Source: Felis catus
Lineage: Eukaryota
Reading direction: 5' to 3'
NCBI RefSeq assembly: GCF_018350175.1
Contig: NC_058368.1
Coordinates: forward strand, 20,586,001-20,650,000
Length of the DNA: 64,000 nt
The position numbers and the translations under genes were made by a program. The notes under the pieces are model-generated. The model did not search any database, was not told where the DNA came from, and saw only the letters and a list, made by a program, of their open reading frames with translations. Position 1 is the first letter of the stretch; each line of letters opens with the position of its first letter. This document shows positions 47,935 through 60,690 of the stretch, in pieces.

Positions 47935-48135
47935 GGACGGTGTGCTGATAAATGTCAACAGTTGGCTATGGCAGAGCATGGGGCTATAATTTGTAGCATT
48001 TGCCAATTCCTGTGGTAGAAACGCTCCCAGAACTGCCACTTTCAAGCTACCAACTTGACATGACTAAGTGAAAAATTGGGAAGTGATATGTATAATGGGC
48101 TCTTGGGAACGGATACGAGCCAACTCAGAGATTAT
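47935..48135. mobile_element. MER63-like hAT-Blackjack fossil
   Basis: GGTGTGCTGATAAATGT...ATTTGTAGCATTTGCCAATT...TTTCAAGCTACCAAC. Confidence 0.7.
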
Positions 48136-48143
48136 TAAACTAC

Positions 48144-48524
48144 TGTTAAAAACAACACATCCAAAATGGAGTTGCTTATGCTAAGCCCCCCATCACCAAA
48201 CTGAGACTTAATTACAGAAATGGAATCTTCTCCCAGAAATGGAATCTTGAACCAGTCAATCAGGAATCACTTGGTCAGTACTAGTTAGGTAGACTGCCTG
48301 ATGGAACAATGCTCTCCCCCAAAGGAAAATAATCTTGCAATCACCAACCTCCTTTTTGCCTAGTGTCATTTCCTTGATCCTGCTACATTGGCTGTAAAAG
48401 TCTTTCATTTTGTATGGCTCCTCAGAGTTCCTTTCTACATTGCCTCACTGGCTACCTCCTGATTTGAATTAATTTTGGCTCATGCTCTTAAAAATTTTGA
48501 TATGTCTCAGTTTACCTTTTAACG
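48144..48524 (+). mobile_element. Solo LTR, ERV1 class (carnivore MER34-like)
   Basis: Inverted termini TGTTAAAA...TTTTAACG; 4-bp TSD CTAC (48140-48143, 48525-48528); internal duplication CAGAAATGGAATCTT. Confidence 0.8.
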
Positions 48525-49020
48525 CTACTCAACAAACATTTACTTACTGTGAGTCTGCTGTTTTTGTCATGTACTGTGGGAGGAGAAGGTGTATAAAATA
48601 ATGTCTCTGACAAGGGAGAAAGAGACTTAAAGCAATGGCCAGAGAAAGATAGTATGCAATAGTGATCCCACAAACTCCACTAAAGAGGCTCAGAAAAGCT
48701 CAAAAGAAGGGCACCTTAGTGGGGAAAGTGTGCTTGAAGGACCCTGAGGACTTCACTATGTGGAGGAAAGAGGAGAAGCCATTCCAGGCCAGGGAAGGCC
48801 TGAAGGCTGCAATAGTCATGATACATTCTCAGAAAAGATAAAACAGATGTCGAGTCACCAATACGGCCCTGCTGACTACAAATGGAAAACTTTTTGTACT
48901 ATTACAGAATATGTGTTTCCCATTTACCAGATATTTTTACACACAATGCTTCTTTGGATCCTCATTATAACCTTGGGAGACATGTAGAATAGAATAGGTA
49001 TTATTATTATCCTCATTTTA

Positions 49021-49197
49021 TTTTTTATTTATTAAAGTTGTTTAAAATATATTTATTTTTGAGGCAGGGGAACGGGAGAGAGAGAGGGAGACATAGAACT
49101 CAAGCAGGCTCTAGGCTCTGCTCCGTCAGCACAGAGCCCAACGCAGGGCTTGAACTCACGAACTGTGAGATCATGACCTGAGCTGAAGTCAGATGCA
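49021..49197 (-). mobile_element. Can-SINE lacking its 5' ~30 nt
   Basis: Ends at GCTGAAGTCAGATGC and runs directly into LTR sequence. Confidence 0.9.
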
Positions 49198-49199
49198 AG

Positions 49200-49525
49200 G
49201 TACTTTTCCTCTACTTGGTAGTGTTGGCCATGGTTGATTCCCTCTCTGAAAATTTCCATTGGCCAAAGGGAGATACCTGGCCCAAAGTCACACCTCCTGC
49301 CTGGGAGCATCTGAATGGGGGAGGAGAGCCAATGGAAAGACCTGGTCTCTTGCCTCAATGCAGGGGAACTCTGAAGGGAGAGGCAGCTCCAGACCACCCC
49401 ATGGAATTAAGACAGACTCTTTTGCAGCTGAGCTGCAATTCAACTTGCCCCTCTGCCGGTTCAGCGCCTCTCGTTCCCTTACAGGTGTCGATCCTGCGGT
49501 CACTACCCAGTAAACTTCCTGTGGT
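49200..49525 (+). mobile_element. ERVL LTR fragment (LTR16-like)
   Basis: GGCCAAAGGGAG...GCCCAAAGTCACACC...CCCTTACAGGTGTCGATCC...CAGTAAACTTCCTG. Confidence 0.7.
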
Positions 49526-50824
49526 AGTGCTAAGTTGTTTCCTAAGTGAGTGTAGCAATTTACTCTAGAACCAGTGATTTTTCAGGAGCTCTTCTTCTCC
49601 CACATCTCCACCAACATTCTGTGTTGTCAGGTTAAAATGTATTCTCTGTCAAGCCAATGAGTGTCTTGGGCATTTCAATGTTGTCTTAGTTTTAATTGCT
49701 CTGAGTACTGGTGAGACTAGCCATCGTTTCACCTGGTTACTGATTACTCATGTTTCTTCTTCTGTAAATTGCCTATTCACATCATCCTCTGTCCAGGTTT
49801 TCTATTGGGCTGTTGGGCTTTTTTTTTTTTTATTGATTGGTTGGAATTCTTTACATACTAATAATTTCTGTGTACTATGCAAATATCCTAGTGTGCATCT
49901 TGCTTTTGCACTTCTGTTTTGTTTGTCTTGTTTTTGTTTTTGTTTTATTTGCTCTTTTACTTTTATATGGTACTGGGTGGAGGATTTTTGTCAAAGTTTA
50001 AGATATTCAAGTATACTATATTTTTCATGGTTTATGCTCTTGAATTTTACATAATAATTACGTCTCTATTCTAATGCCATAAAGATATTATTTTTCTATT
50101 CTCGTCCAAACTTTTACAATATTGCTTTTCTGACGTTTAGGTGTTTCGTCTGTCCGAATAGCCAATTTCCTCAAGACTGCTAACTTGTAATGCTGTTTCA
50201 AATGTCTATATCGAAGTTCTTAAGTTTCTAGACCTCTTTGTCTTTGGCGTTCTGAAGTTTCACTGTCACAGGTCTAGCTATGGTCTTATTATTTTCATTC
50301 AAGAGCGAGGGCCAAGTAGACTTTCAGGGAAACAAAGCCTGGGACATTTACTAGATCCTTGCTAAAAGAACTACTGTGAAAGATACCCCTCTGGCAGAAG
50401 AAAATTGAAACCAGGTGAGAGAATTAAGATACAAGAAAAGCTGTGCATCTTTGCTTTATTTGGCAAAGATGTAACTGAAACAAAACAAGCACCGACCATC
50501 AAGCCATGATCATAATACACGTCGGCTCTTCCAACCATTATTTAACAGCCAATCTCTTCTTAACGATACCATAGAAGGTAAGAAAGGGCAAAGCAGAGAG
50601 AAGAACAGAAAGACTCAATAGAAGGTGAAGATCCTGAGAAATCTGTGCTGGTTGAGATCAAACTTGGTGCTTTCCTCGTTTTTCCACGATGTGAGTTAGT
50701 AAGAAAAAAAAAAATAACAGATTTATGCTTTTTCTAAAGAATGGGTACTTTGCAGATATTTTCAGTGTGGGATAGTATAAGCATCTTTCAAATGTTATTT
50801 TCAGCCTTAAGGAGCAAGGAAATA

Positions 50825-51270
50825 ACCAAAAGGCGGACGCAACACAAGTATCCATCGATGATTAAACAGGTAAGCAAAATCCGTTAAATAGGTACAATGG
50901 AATATTGTTCCGCTTTCGCGGGAAATTTGAACACGTGCCACAGCACGGATGAACCAGGAGGCTTCACTGTGCTGGGTGAAATCAGTCAGTCATCAGAAGA
51001 CAAACACTGTATGACTCCCATCTATATGTGGTGCCTAGAACAGTCAAATCCATGGAGATAGAACGTAAGCGGTGGTTGCTAGGGGAGTTACTGCTTGATG
51101 AACACAGGGTTTCAGTTTTGTAAAAGACGAGAAAAGTTCTGGAAATGGATGGTGATGATGATGGCGCAACAATGTGAATGTAACTGTTGCCACTGAACCG
51201 CACGCTTAAAAATAGGGAAGGTGATAAATTTTGTCATGTGTGTTTCAGGACAGTTTTAAAAATAATTAAA
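50825..51270 (+). mobile_element. L1MB-like 3' end
   Basis: GGGTTTCAGTTTTG...GAAAAGTTCTGGAAATGGATGGTGATGATG...CAACAATGTGAATG. Confidence 0.8.
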
Positions 51271-51479
51271 GAAATGAGTAACATTATTTTTTGGAGCTGT
51301 TTTATAACGTGTCCAGGGATGACAGCCCGTCTGAGAGAGAAGTTAAGTGCTCTGTCAAGGTTCTAAGACATTAAGTCCAGCCTGGTGGGGTCATACCCTA
51401 CCCACCTCCCACAGTGTACTTCCAATCTGCCCTTCCTCCCTAGGGTCTGTTTTTCGAATCACTCTAGAACCTATTCCCC

Positions 51480-52110
51480 CTCTGTATTAGCACTCCAAGT
51501 CTCGGGTCAGGCCCTATCATTTCTCACTTTGATTAACACAATAAAATCCTAACCAATACTCCCTGTAGTCATTTTCATACTTCAGGTTAAGTGATCTTCC
51601 AAAAGGAGGAATCTGTTTAAAGAAGCGTGGGGGAGATAGTGGTTAATAAAGTGAAACGAGACAGAACGGTCAAGGAGAGAATGCAGCCCGAGAAACTGTT
51701 AATGGCTTGGTGTCCTTCAGGACAGAATAGTTTAAGGTACAGAGACAAAAGCCAAATGGCAGGGAGTTAAGGAAAAGTGAAGAAAGAGACACGAACTTGC
51801 CCGCCTGTCTGAAATTATCTACTCCCTTTGCCTGGCAAATACTGACTCTTGTAAGACCAAATAAATGACATCTTTGTCACAAAGTCTTCCTTAATATCTT
51901 CAGGAAAAGTGGAGAGATTCCATTTCTCCATATCAGAGTACCTTGCTCATGCTTTTACTATGGAACTTGCCAGATCCCTCTAAGTCTTAGTTTTTCATCA
52001 CTTTCTGTCACTAGACTGTGTCCCCTTGGGAGCAGATACTGTTTTCTATTTATCTGTGAATCCCCAGATCCTAGCATGATGTGAACAACACCAGTGCTGG
52101 CCGGATGAAG
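51480..52110 (+). mobile_element. L2 fragments
   Basis: CACTAGACTGTG...TTATCTGTGAATCCCCAG 3'-end motif. Confidence 0.55.
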
Positions 52111-53324
52111 GAACGGTGTTGAAAACATCTCTAACTTTGAAGGGACCTTAATCTAATTAATTCTTCCCCACCCAGAGGAAAGCTACTACATCAGAGTCTA
52201 TTGAAAATCTATTTCCCTGACTACCTTCAGGCACAGCATCATTATGTACTGATATGATACTCACTCATAAATTCCATCATGTACGTCTGTATATATATCT
52301 GCATGATAGAGTCATATTTTATGCATAACACACAGCCACTGATTTCTGCCTGTAGCCAGCTATGGATCAATACAAATTACGCATGACCCTGATTCAGTTG
52401 GTAAGCTAAAACTGTGTGAGTAAACATGATTTCATGTCTTGTGATACGTTCGGTGAATAGTACCATCTTCTGGTTTAAGCTCTTAGTATTATACCCGAAT
52501 CATGAAATATATTTTTCCACTTTTCGTCGTCTAAGAAGTTTAAGTAAAAGAACTGAATGTAATAACATAATTCGGGATGTCACTATTTTTAGGTGAGTTC
52601 TCCATTCACTGTTCTGTCATGGACATGAAGTTCTTCAAATTGCAGATGAAGCTTCACTTTAATGTACACTCACAACTCCTGTTAAATTATACTGCATTGC
52701 TTATTAAGTGAGCATTACTGTCCACATTAAGTCTGTCACCAATGCAATAATGGCACACAAAGAAGAATGTAATCCCCTCATTAGCCTGAGACCCCAGGGC
52801 ATGCCTGCATATGCACAGAGGCCCTGAATACTCGGTTTTCCTTGTGGAGCTCTGACTTTGCTGAAAGATGCCTAGAAACTGATGGAGTCAGGCGGCTCCC
52901 TGCTGGCTACACATTTGTACAGAACTCAGAAGCATTGTTTATTTCAGCAGAGATCTGGAATAAATTATCCTTAATAATTTGGCTCCTGAAATGGCTGTTT
53001 CCAATGTTAGAGCATGGTGAACTTGTACATTGTGGGAGTTCTCCCATCTAAATCATGACCCTTTTATTTTTCTACAAGTACACTAAAATGTAAGCTCCAT
53101 GGGACTTTTATCCTGTACCTTCAGGCCCCTGAGATGGCCCCCAGCACACAGTAGGCACACAACAAGCATTTGTTGGATAAAGAATTATGTGAATAAAGTC
53201 CATCACTAATGTGGGAGATTCTAGAGGGCATTTTTGAAGACAAAGGGAAGTTTAAGCTCCTTTACATTAGTATGGATGTTGAACTTTGAGGCTTTGAAGC
53301 ATTGTTTAGCCACTTTTAAAAGGA

Positions 53325-53325
<1 letters not shown>

Positions 53326-53366
<41 letters not shown>
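53326..53366. repeat. (TG)20 microsatellite
   Basis: Counted directly. Confidence 0.95.
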
Positions 53367-53368
<2 letters not shown>

Positions 53369-53488
53369 TTCAGGTAACCTTGTGACAGGTATACAACCTA
53401 CCCCCTGAGGACAATGCACATCTAATGAGGGGACAAGACTTAATTTCTGTATAAGATGCAGAAAGTTACAAGTCTGTCACTCATCTCT

Positions 53489-53691
53489 TTTTTACAATTT
53501 ATCTTATTTTTAGAGAGAGAGAGTGAGTAGGGGAGAGGGGCAGAGGGAGAGAAAGAGAGACCGAGAATCTTAAGCAGGCTCCACGCTCAGCCCAGAGCCA
53601 CACATGGGACTCGATCCCATGACCCTGGGATCATGACTTGAGCTGAAATCAAGAGTCAGACACTCAACTGATGGAACCACTCAGGAACCCC
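53489..53691 (-). mobile_element. Can-SINE (older)
   Basis: TSD CAAGTCTGTCACT. Confidence 0.92.
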
Positions 53692-53849
53692 TCAAGTCTG
53701 TCACTTTTACCCTAACAAGAACAGTCCAGAAATGCTAAAAAATCATAGTTGGATTTGTTGCTGTTTTTGCTTACTTGTTTTATACCCATCAGAGAATTTG
53801 TGAGGCAAAAATAACTAAATTAACTAAATGTTAGAAAGAATCAGGTACT

Positions 53850-54900
53850 TTCTAGAAGAGAAGTCCCACACTGCTTTCACCCCTAGGGCAGTCTGGAAGG
53901 GATATAGCAAAGGAAGGGAGAGACCAGCCTATCTGTAAACACACTTTCAATGATCGTATGTGGGCAGGCATGATACCTGTGCTGAGTACATGGGCTGAGT
54001 ACACTGAAAGTTCATGCCAGGGCAGGGGTGCCAAAAAATATCCCCCAGAGGTACATCAAGGCTTCCCCAGTACAGGAAAGTAGCCTGCTGGAGGTGGAAG
54101 CCGACCGGGAGCGGGAAGAGAGATTCTCTTAGGTACATGAATTTCACTGATTGTTAGGCATTGGCTTGCAAAGCTTGGGTGTAGCCAGCAAAGCTGAGAG
54201 GAGTTCTCTCCTCAGAGCACGGGCTCTCCCCCGGGGCCAGGAAGCAGCCTGTAGAAACTGAGGCAAAGCAGGAGAACTGACAGGAATGCCCCCTACTGGA
54301 GGCACAGCAGGCCCTTACTCAACACATTGCAGCTGCCTACTGAAAGCTGGAGGGAGGGCATCAGACTGGAAATAGATATCCCAAACTTCTATGATGAAGA
54401 GGCAGAGTGGGGGCGGGAGGGGGGCAAAGAAAATGCTACAACAACCCCCCAAATTTGGTGGCTGGGTTCTAAAGCACAGACAGGTTTCCATAGTTTGGAA
54501 ATCTGGGAGCTGGCCTGTGAAGCTTGAGGAAATTTCCAGAGTCTTGCAGGCTCTAGGGTTTCAAGACATACCGAAAGGAAAGTCCTGATCCCACTCTTGA
54601 AGCTCATGAAACCAGTCATAAACTGAATCCAAAAACTTGCAACAAAGCTTGGAACCCGCCCAACTAAAGATCAGGTTGACCAGCCCCTCAAACACAGAGG
54701 ACTAAAAGAGCAGGATCCATGCTGCACAGTAGGAGTAAATATTATTTACCTCCAACCTTGTTGCTCTATTAGACCACATGGCCAGGATAAAACGACAATA
54801 TCATGAGCTACTGACAGTAATAGGACAATGTGACCCAAAGTCAAGATACATATAATGTTATTAGAAGCAGATCCACAGATGGCCCAAATGTTAACAACAG
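53850..54900 (+). mobile_element. Probable old L1 (L1ME/L1M4-like) 5' region
   Basis: GGAGTAAATATTATTTACCTC and AGAAGCAGATCCACAGATGGCCCAAATGTT motifs. Confidence 0.45.
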
Positions 54901-55039
54901 AGGAAATAGGATATGGGGTATATGGGAACTATGTTATCTTTGCACTTTTTTTTGTCATCTAAAACTATTCCTTTAAGAAAGTTTGTTTTAAAACACCTGT
55001 GGGAAAATAGCAAATCATCCAGTATACATGTAATTAACA

Positions 55040-56207
55040 ATTACGAAGCAGCAGAAAGAGGAATGAATCAAGGAACCGATCCCATCTACAGTTGCCCCAA
55101 AACCCATCAGATACCCAGGAATAAACCTAACCAAGGAGATAGAAGATCTGTGCTCTGGAAAGTATAAAACACCTATGAAATAAATCGAAGATGAGACAAA
55201 GAAATGGAAAAACATCCCACACTCCTGGATTGGAAGAATGAGTATTGTTAAAATGTCCATACTACCCAAAGCAAAACACCAAAGAGTCTACCCAAAAGCT
55301 GCTAAAACTGATGAATGAGTTCAGTAAGGTCACAGGACACAAAGTCAATGTGCAGGAATCCGTTGCATTTTTATACACTAATACTGAAGCAGCAAAGGAG
55401 AAATTGAGAAAGCAATCCCATTTACAGTTGCATCAAATGTAATAAGGTGCCTAGGAATAAACCTAATCAAAGAGGAGAAAGACCTGTCCTCTGAAAACTA
55501 TAAAACACTGATGAAAGAAATGGAACATGACACCACGAAATGGAAAGACATTCTATGCCCATGGACTGGGAGAAAAATATTGTTAGAATGTCCATACCGC
55601 CCAAAGCAATCTACACATTTAATGTAATTCCCATCAATACACAACCAGTGTTTTTCACAGACCTAGAACAAACAATCCAAAAATCTATATGGAGCCATAA
55701 AAGACCCCGAATAGCCAAAGCAATCTTGAAAAAGGAAAGCAGAGCTGGAAGCATCACAATTACGGACTTCTAGGTATATTCCAAAGCTGTAGTAATCAAG
55801 ACGGCATGGTACTGGCATAAAAACAGACACATGAATCAATGGAACAGAATATGACACCCAGAAATGGACCTACAGCCATATAGTCAACTAATACTCGACA
55901 AAGCAGGAACGAATATCCAATGGAAAAAAGACAGCCTCTCCCACAAATAGTGTTGGGAAAACTGAACAGCAACATGCAAAAAATGAAACTGGACTATTTT
56001 TTTTATATCATACACATAAATAAATTTCAAATGGGTTAAAGACCTAAATGTGAGGCAGGAAACCATCAAAATCCTAGAGGAGAACACAGGCAGTAACTCC
56101 TTTGACATAGGTCGTGGCAACATATTACTAGATAGGTCTCCTGAGACAAGGGAAAGAAAAACAAAAATAAACTCTTGGGACTTCATCAAGATAAAAAGCT
56201 TCTGCAC
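55040..56207 (+). mobile_element. Two abutting internal L1 ORF2 fragments (55040-55274; 55275-56207)
   Basis: ORF2 post-RT sequence; the first fragment is homologous to 55378-55609 of the second. Confidence 0.85.
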
Positions 56208-56383
56208 TAAATGATAAAGCAGAGCTCTCATATTAGTCAAAAACTAGAAGCAACCCCAGTATTTCAGCAGGTGAATACATAAACAGAATATAGTATATCT
56301 ATGCATTGAGATACTACTCAACAATAAAAAAGAACTACGTCTATTTACAACCACATAGATGACTCTCAAAACCATAATGATGA

Positions 56384-56605
56384 GGGGCGCCTGGGTGGCG
56401 CAGTCGGTTGAGCGTCTGACTTCAGCCAGGTCACGATCTCGCGGTCCGTGAGTTCGAGCCCCGCGTCAGGCTCTGGGCTGATGGCTCGGAGCCTGGAGCC
56501 TGTTTCCCATTCTGTGTCTCCCTCTCTCTCTGCCCCTCCCCCGTTCATGCTCTGTCTCTCTCTGTCCCAAAAATAAATAAACGTTGAAAAAAAATTTTAT
56601 AAAAA
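56384..56605 (+). mobile_element. Young felid SINE (SINEC_Fc-type)
   Basis: TSD AAAACCATAATGATGA. Confidence 0.96.
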
Positions 56606-56861
56606 AAAACCATAATGATGAGTAAAATAAGCTAAATGCAAAGGACTAAATACTGTACAATTTCGTTTCTATAAAGTTCTAGAAAAAAATTAATCTATAG
56701 TAACAAAAAGTCGATTGGTGGAGGGAATATTGGACTGCCAAGGGACGTGAAAAAATTTGTGTGTGGGGGGGGTGATAGGAATGTTTTATGTTTTAATTAT
56801 GGTGCCAGTTGAACAGGGATGCACATCTGTCAAATTTATCAATTTAAATAGATGTAGTTTA

Positions 56862-57065
56862 GAGGCTCCTGGGTGACTCAGTTGGTGAAACGTCCGACTC
56901 TTGGTTTTGGTTCAAGTTGTGATCTCATGGTTCCTGGGATCCAGCCTGGCTTCAGGCTGTGTGCTCACAGCACAGGGCAGAGCCTGTTTGGGATTCTCTC
57001 CTCACCGTCTCTCTGCTCTTCCCCTTCATGCTGTCTCTCTCTGTTAATAAATTAACTAAAAAAAA
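56862..57065 (+). mobile_element. Can-SINE (older)
   Basis: Diverged head; degenerate TSD GATGTAGTTTA / GTTGCAGTTTA. Confidence 0.88.
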
Positions 57066-59097
57066 GTTGCAGTTTATTATATGTAACTTACACCTCAATG
57101 AAGGCATTTTTTTAATATGGATATACAACTTCAGACATATGCAAGGGCACAGAAAATGGTTTGGACCATCACCTCTGTACAGGGAGGTAGGCTGGAAATT
57201 TGAACTTTTTACTCTGTATAGGTCCAGATTTTTAAAATGTACTATAAAAGGTACGGTTTCATAACAAAGATTCAGGGAGTACAGAAACTTATACAGATTA
57301 CCCATAATCTCATCACTCAGAAAGAGCTTTCTTAACATTTTGGTTCAATTTAAAATAGTATCATGTGTGTATATTCCTTGGGAGCACGATTGCACGGATG
57401 CACATAAAATTGAGATCATTCTGTATGTAATTTTTTGCATCCTGCTTTCTTATTGAATACTGTATCATAAGCATTTCCAAATGTCTTTAGCTGTTGTTTG
57501 AAAACATGATTTTTATGGAAGTGTGCTGTTCCACTGTATGGAAGCATCAGAATTTATTTAACCAATTCCTTATTGTTGGACATGTGGATTACTTCCCATT
57601 TTTTTATTATAAACAATGCCTCAATAAATATAGTTAATCTTTTCAGGCATCCCTATTTAATACCTCGACACAGATGCTTGGGGGTGGAGGTTTTTGTGTC
57701 TAAAGCCGTGAAGACACCCCTCACTTTGTATGGTTCTTATATGATTGCGTTTCAGTGTCACACCACAGTGTGCAAAAGAGAGGGCCACCTGCCTTCGGAT
57801 GGCTACAGACACACATGCCAGGTTGCTTTTCCAAAGTGGTACCATAGGATGCAACCTATGGTCCATCCCAGCCAAACCTGAATAATGTCACTTTTAAAAA
57901 TCGTTGATAATTTGAGAGGCAAAAAAATAGTATCTAATTCGTAATTTAGTTTTCTTTTATTGTTAGAAGACCTTAACATCTGTCATAGGTTTATTAATCG
58001 TTTGTATTTCTCCTTTCCTGAACTGCTTTAAATTTTGAAGCAAAATGCTCTGCAAAGGCTGAGTGGAAGTTTTAAGTAAACTTTCTATCTCTGTAATAAT
58101 CCCTCTACTGTGCAGCAAACTTTCAAATCTTTATAATCACTGCAATATATTAAAAACATCTTGGATGGTATCAGCAAAGGTGGAAGCAGTAAATAAATAA
58201 TCCATAGTAGACACCCACCAGCATAAAAATAGGTGAAAGAGGAATATAAATCTCACTGTCTTCCTTCACGTAAATCTCAAAACTTTCAAACCCATAAGGT
58301 TTGCTTGGACCCAGAATTCTAAATCAAATCGTTTCGCAGATACACAATTTCCATTTCCTGGGAAAATAAGCTACGTCCTGTTTCATACCATAGTTGTTGC
58401 GAAATACAAATGTTACATGTTAGTAGTGTATTTATAATGTGTATCTTTCCACCATGGATGTGATAGAGATCTGTTTGAAATTATGAAATTGCCATTAAGG
58501 AAGGGCATATGTCTGGTGTGAGGCACATCTGTCTGGAAATCAGGACAGAGAATGTCAAAACAAAATGGTCTTCCAGTGCAAAGCTCAGCACAGGGCTGGG
58601 CAGATAGAAGGGACTCAATTAACTATGTAAAAGAGTGAATGCTGATTAAATAAATACTATCCCTGCCTCCTTAGGATTTTTTTTTTTTCGTTTTTAATGA
58701 AATACAGTTGACATATAATACACAGAACTCAGGTGCTCGGTCCAATAATTTTGTTGTTAATCTGAGTATAGTGAACACACAATGTTACATTAGTTTCAGG
58801 TGTACAATTTAGTGATTTGACAAGTTTATACATTATGCTATCAGTCTAATAATTGTTAATAATTACTTACTCCTGTGTCATCATCACCCAAAACAAAATA
58901 TAGAATACTCCCATCACCCCAGAAGTTTCTTACTGGCCCTTTCCAATTCATTACCCATCCCCCTAACCCAGAGTCAACCATTTTCTGATTTTTATCACCA
59001 TAGTTAGTTTTTCCCGTTCACGGACTTTCACATAAATTCAATCAACAGTATGCATTCTTTTGTGCCGAAATTATTTTACTTACTATGCCATTTTATT

Positions 59098-59297
59098 ATT
59101 AAATTTTTTAAAGTTGATTTATTTATTTTTGAGAGAGAGAGAAAGAGCGTGGAAGGGGCAGAAAGAGAAGGAGAGAGAATCCCAAGGAGGCTTCCACCAT
59201 CAGCACAGAGCTGACACAGGGCTCGAACTCACAAACCGCGAGATCGTGACTTCAGGGGAAGGAAGTCAGATGCTTAACTAAGCCACCCAGGCACCCC
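59098..59297 (-). mobile_element. Can-SINE
   Basis: TSD TATGCCATTTT. Confidence 0.92.
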
Positions 59298-59483
59298 TCA
59301 ATATGCCATTTTGAAGACTCATCCATGTGGCCGTATCATTCTTTGCCACTTAGTATACAGTGTATTCATGGTATGGATATACCACAATTTGTTTTCCCAT
59401 TCTCCTACTGGTGAATGTTAGGTTATTTTTCAATTTGTGGCTATTACGAATAAGACTGCTTTGAATATTGATGCACAAATATA

Positions 59484-59696
59484 TTTTTTAAACATTTTTT
59501 TTTTTAGTGTTTATTTTTGAGAGAGACAGTGTGAGCAGGGGAGGGTCAGAGACAGAGGGAGACACAGGATCTGAAGCAGGCTCCAGGCTCCGAGCTGTCA
59601 CCACAGAGCCTGACCTGGGACTGGAACCCATGAACCACGAGATCATGACCTGCGCTGAAGTCGGATGCTTAACCGACTGAGTCACCCAGGCATTCC
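59484..59696 (-). mobile_element. Can-SINE
   Basis: TSD TGCACAA. Confidence 0.92.
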
Positions 59697-60196
59697 TGCA
59701 CAAGTCTTTTTGTGGACAGAGTTTTAATTTTTTTAGGTAAATTCCTATGAGTGGAATTGCTGGGTTATGGGGAAAATGTGTATTTAACTTTTTAAGAAAC
59801 CTCCAAACATTCTCCAGATTGGTTGTACCATTTTATACTCTGGCCAGCAATGCCGGAGAGTTCTAACTGTTCCACATTCTTGCCAACGCTTATTGTCAGT
59901 ATTTTGTCTGGTTGGTTTCGGTTTCGTTTTGTTTTGTTTTTAGGCATTCTGGTGGGCATTCATTGTGTTTCTTTGTTTTTGATGGACATATAAAGTTTAT
60001 TGAATTTTGAAGGTTTTCTAAACCATGCAGTCACTGTGTAAAATAAGATATAGAACACTTATTTCTATTACCCCAGAAATTTGCCTTGTGCCCCTTTTAG
60101 CTAGCTCTCTCCTTTAACAGGCAACTATTTTCTGATTTTTATTATCATAGATCCATTTTGCTGTTCTAGTAATTAAAATAGATGAAATCACATAGC

Positions 60197-60690
60197 GTGT
60201 TAGTTACCTATTTCTGCATAAAACTTTGCCACAAACTGAGCAGCTTAAAACGGCAGACATTTATCACCTCACAGTTTCTGTAGGTAAGAAATCTGTCACC
60301 GCATGGCTCAATTCTCTGCTCAGGGGCTCACAAGGCCAAAATCCAGGTGTTGGCTGAGGGGAGTTCTCGTCTGGGGCTCAGGGTCATCTTCCAAGCGCTG
60401 GTTGTTGGCAGAATCCATTTCCTTCGCACAGTTTCCTCATGGATTCCTCCACCCTGAAACCAGTCGGAGTTCCTCTCAAGCTTTGAACCTCTCCGACTTT
60501 CCCTTCAGCCTCTGCTTTTAAGGGCTCATATGGTTAATTAGGCCTCCCAGGATAATCCTGAATCATCTCCCTATTTCAAAGTCAACTGATGAGTTTCCTC
60601 AATTGCATCTGTAAAGTCCCTTTGCCAAGTTATGTAACATAGTCACAAGCATAACCATATGACCAAGGTCATGGGGACAAAATGCCGTCA
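60197..60690 (-). mobile_element. MaLR solo LTR (MLT1D/E-like) inserted in L1
   Basis: GCTTAAAAC...CATTTATCACCTCACAGTTTCTGTAGG...GTTGTTGGCAGAATCCATTTCCTT...AAAGTCCCTTTGCCA. Confidence 0.8.

Larger units (their letters stand above)
56208..57095 (+). mobile_element. Old L1M 3' fragment interrupted by two SINEs
   Basis: AAAAACTAGAAGCAACCC...ATACTACTCAACAATAAAAAAGAAC...GATAGGAATGTTTTATG. Confidence 0.65.

Noticed and set aside
6945..59696. tRNA-like A/B-box sequences
   Set aside because: All are SINE heads followed by (CT)n and A tails; no stand-alone tRNA, snRNA or rRNA gene recognised
26016..59696. SINE strand bias upstream of the promoter (15 minus vs 7 plus) as evidence for a plus-strand lncRNA
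   Set aside because: Two-sided binomial p is about 0.13 and local clustering inflates it; not significant
6972..59703. Recurrent peptides such as MAQSVKRLTSAQVMISR... and GQRETEHERGRGRERG...
   Set aside because: Translations of Can-SINE copies, not a gene family
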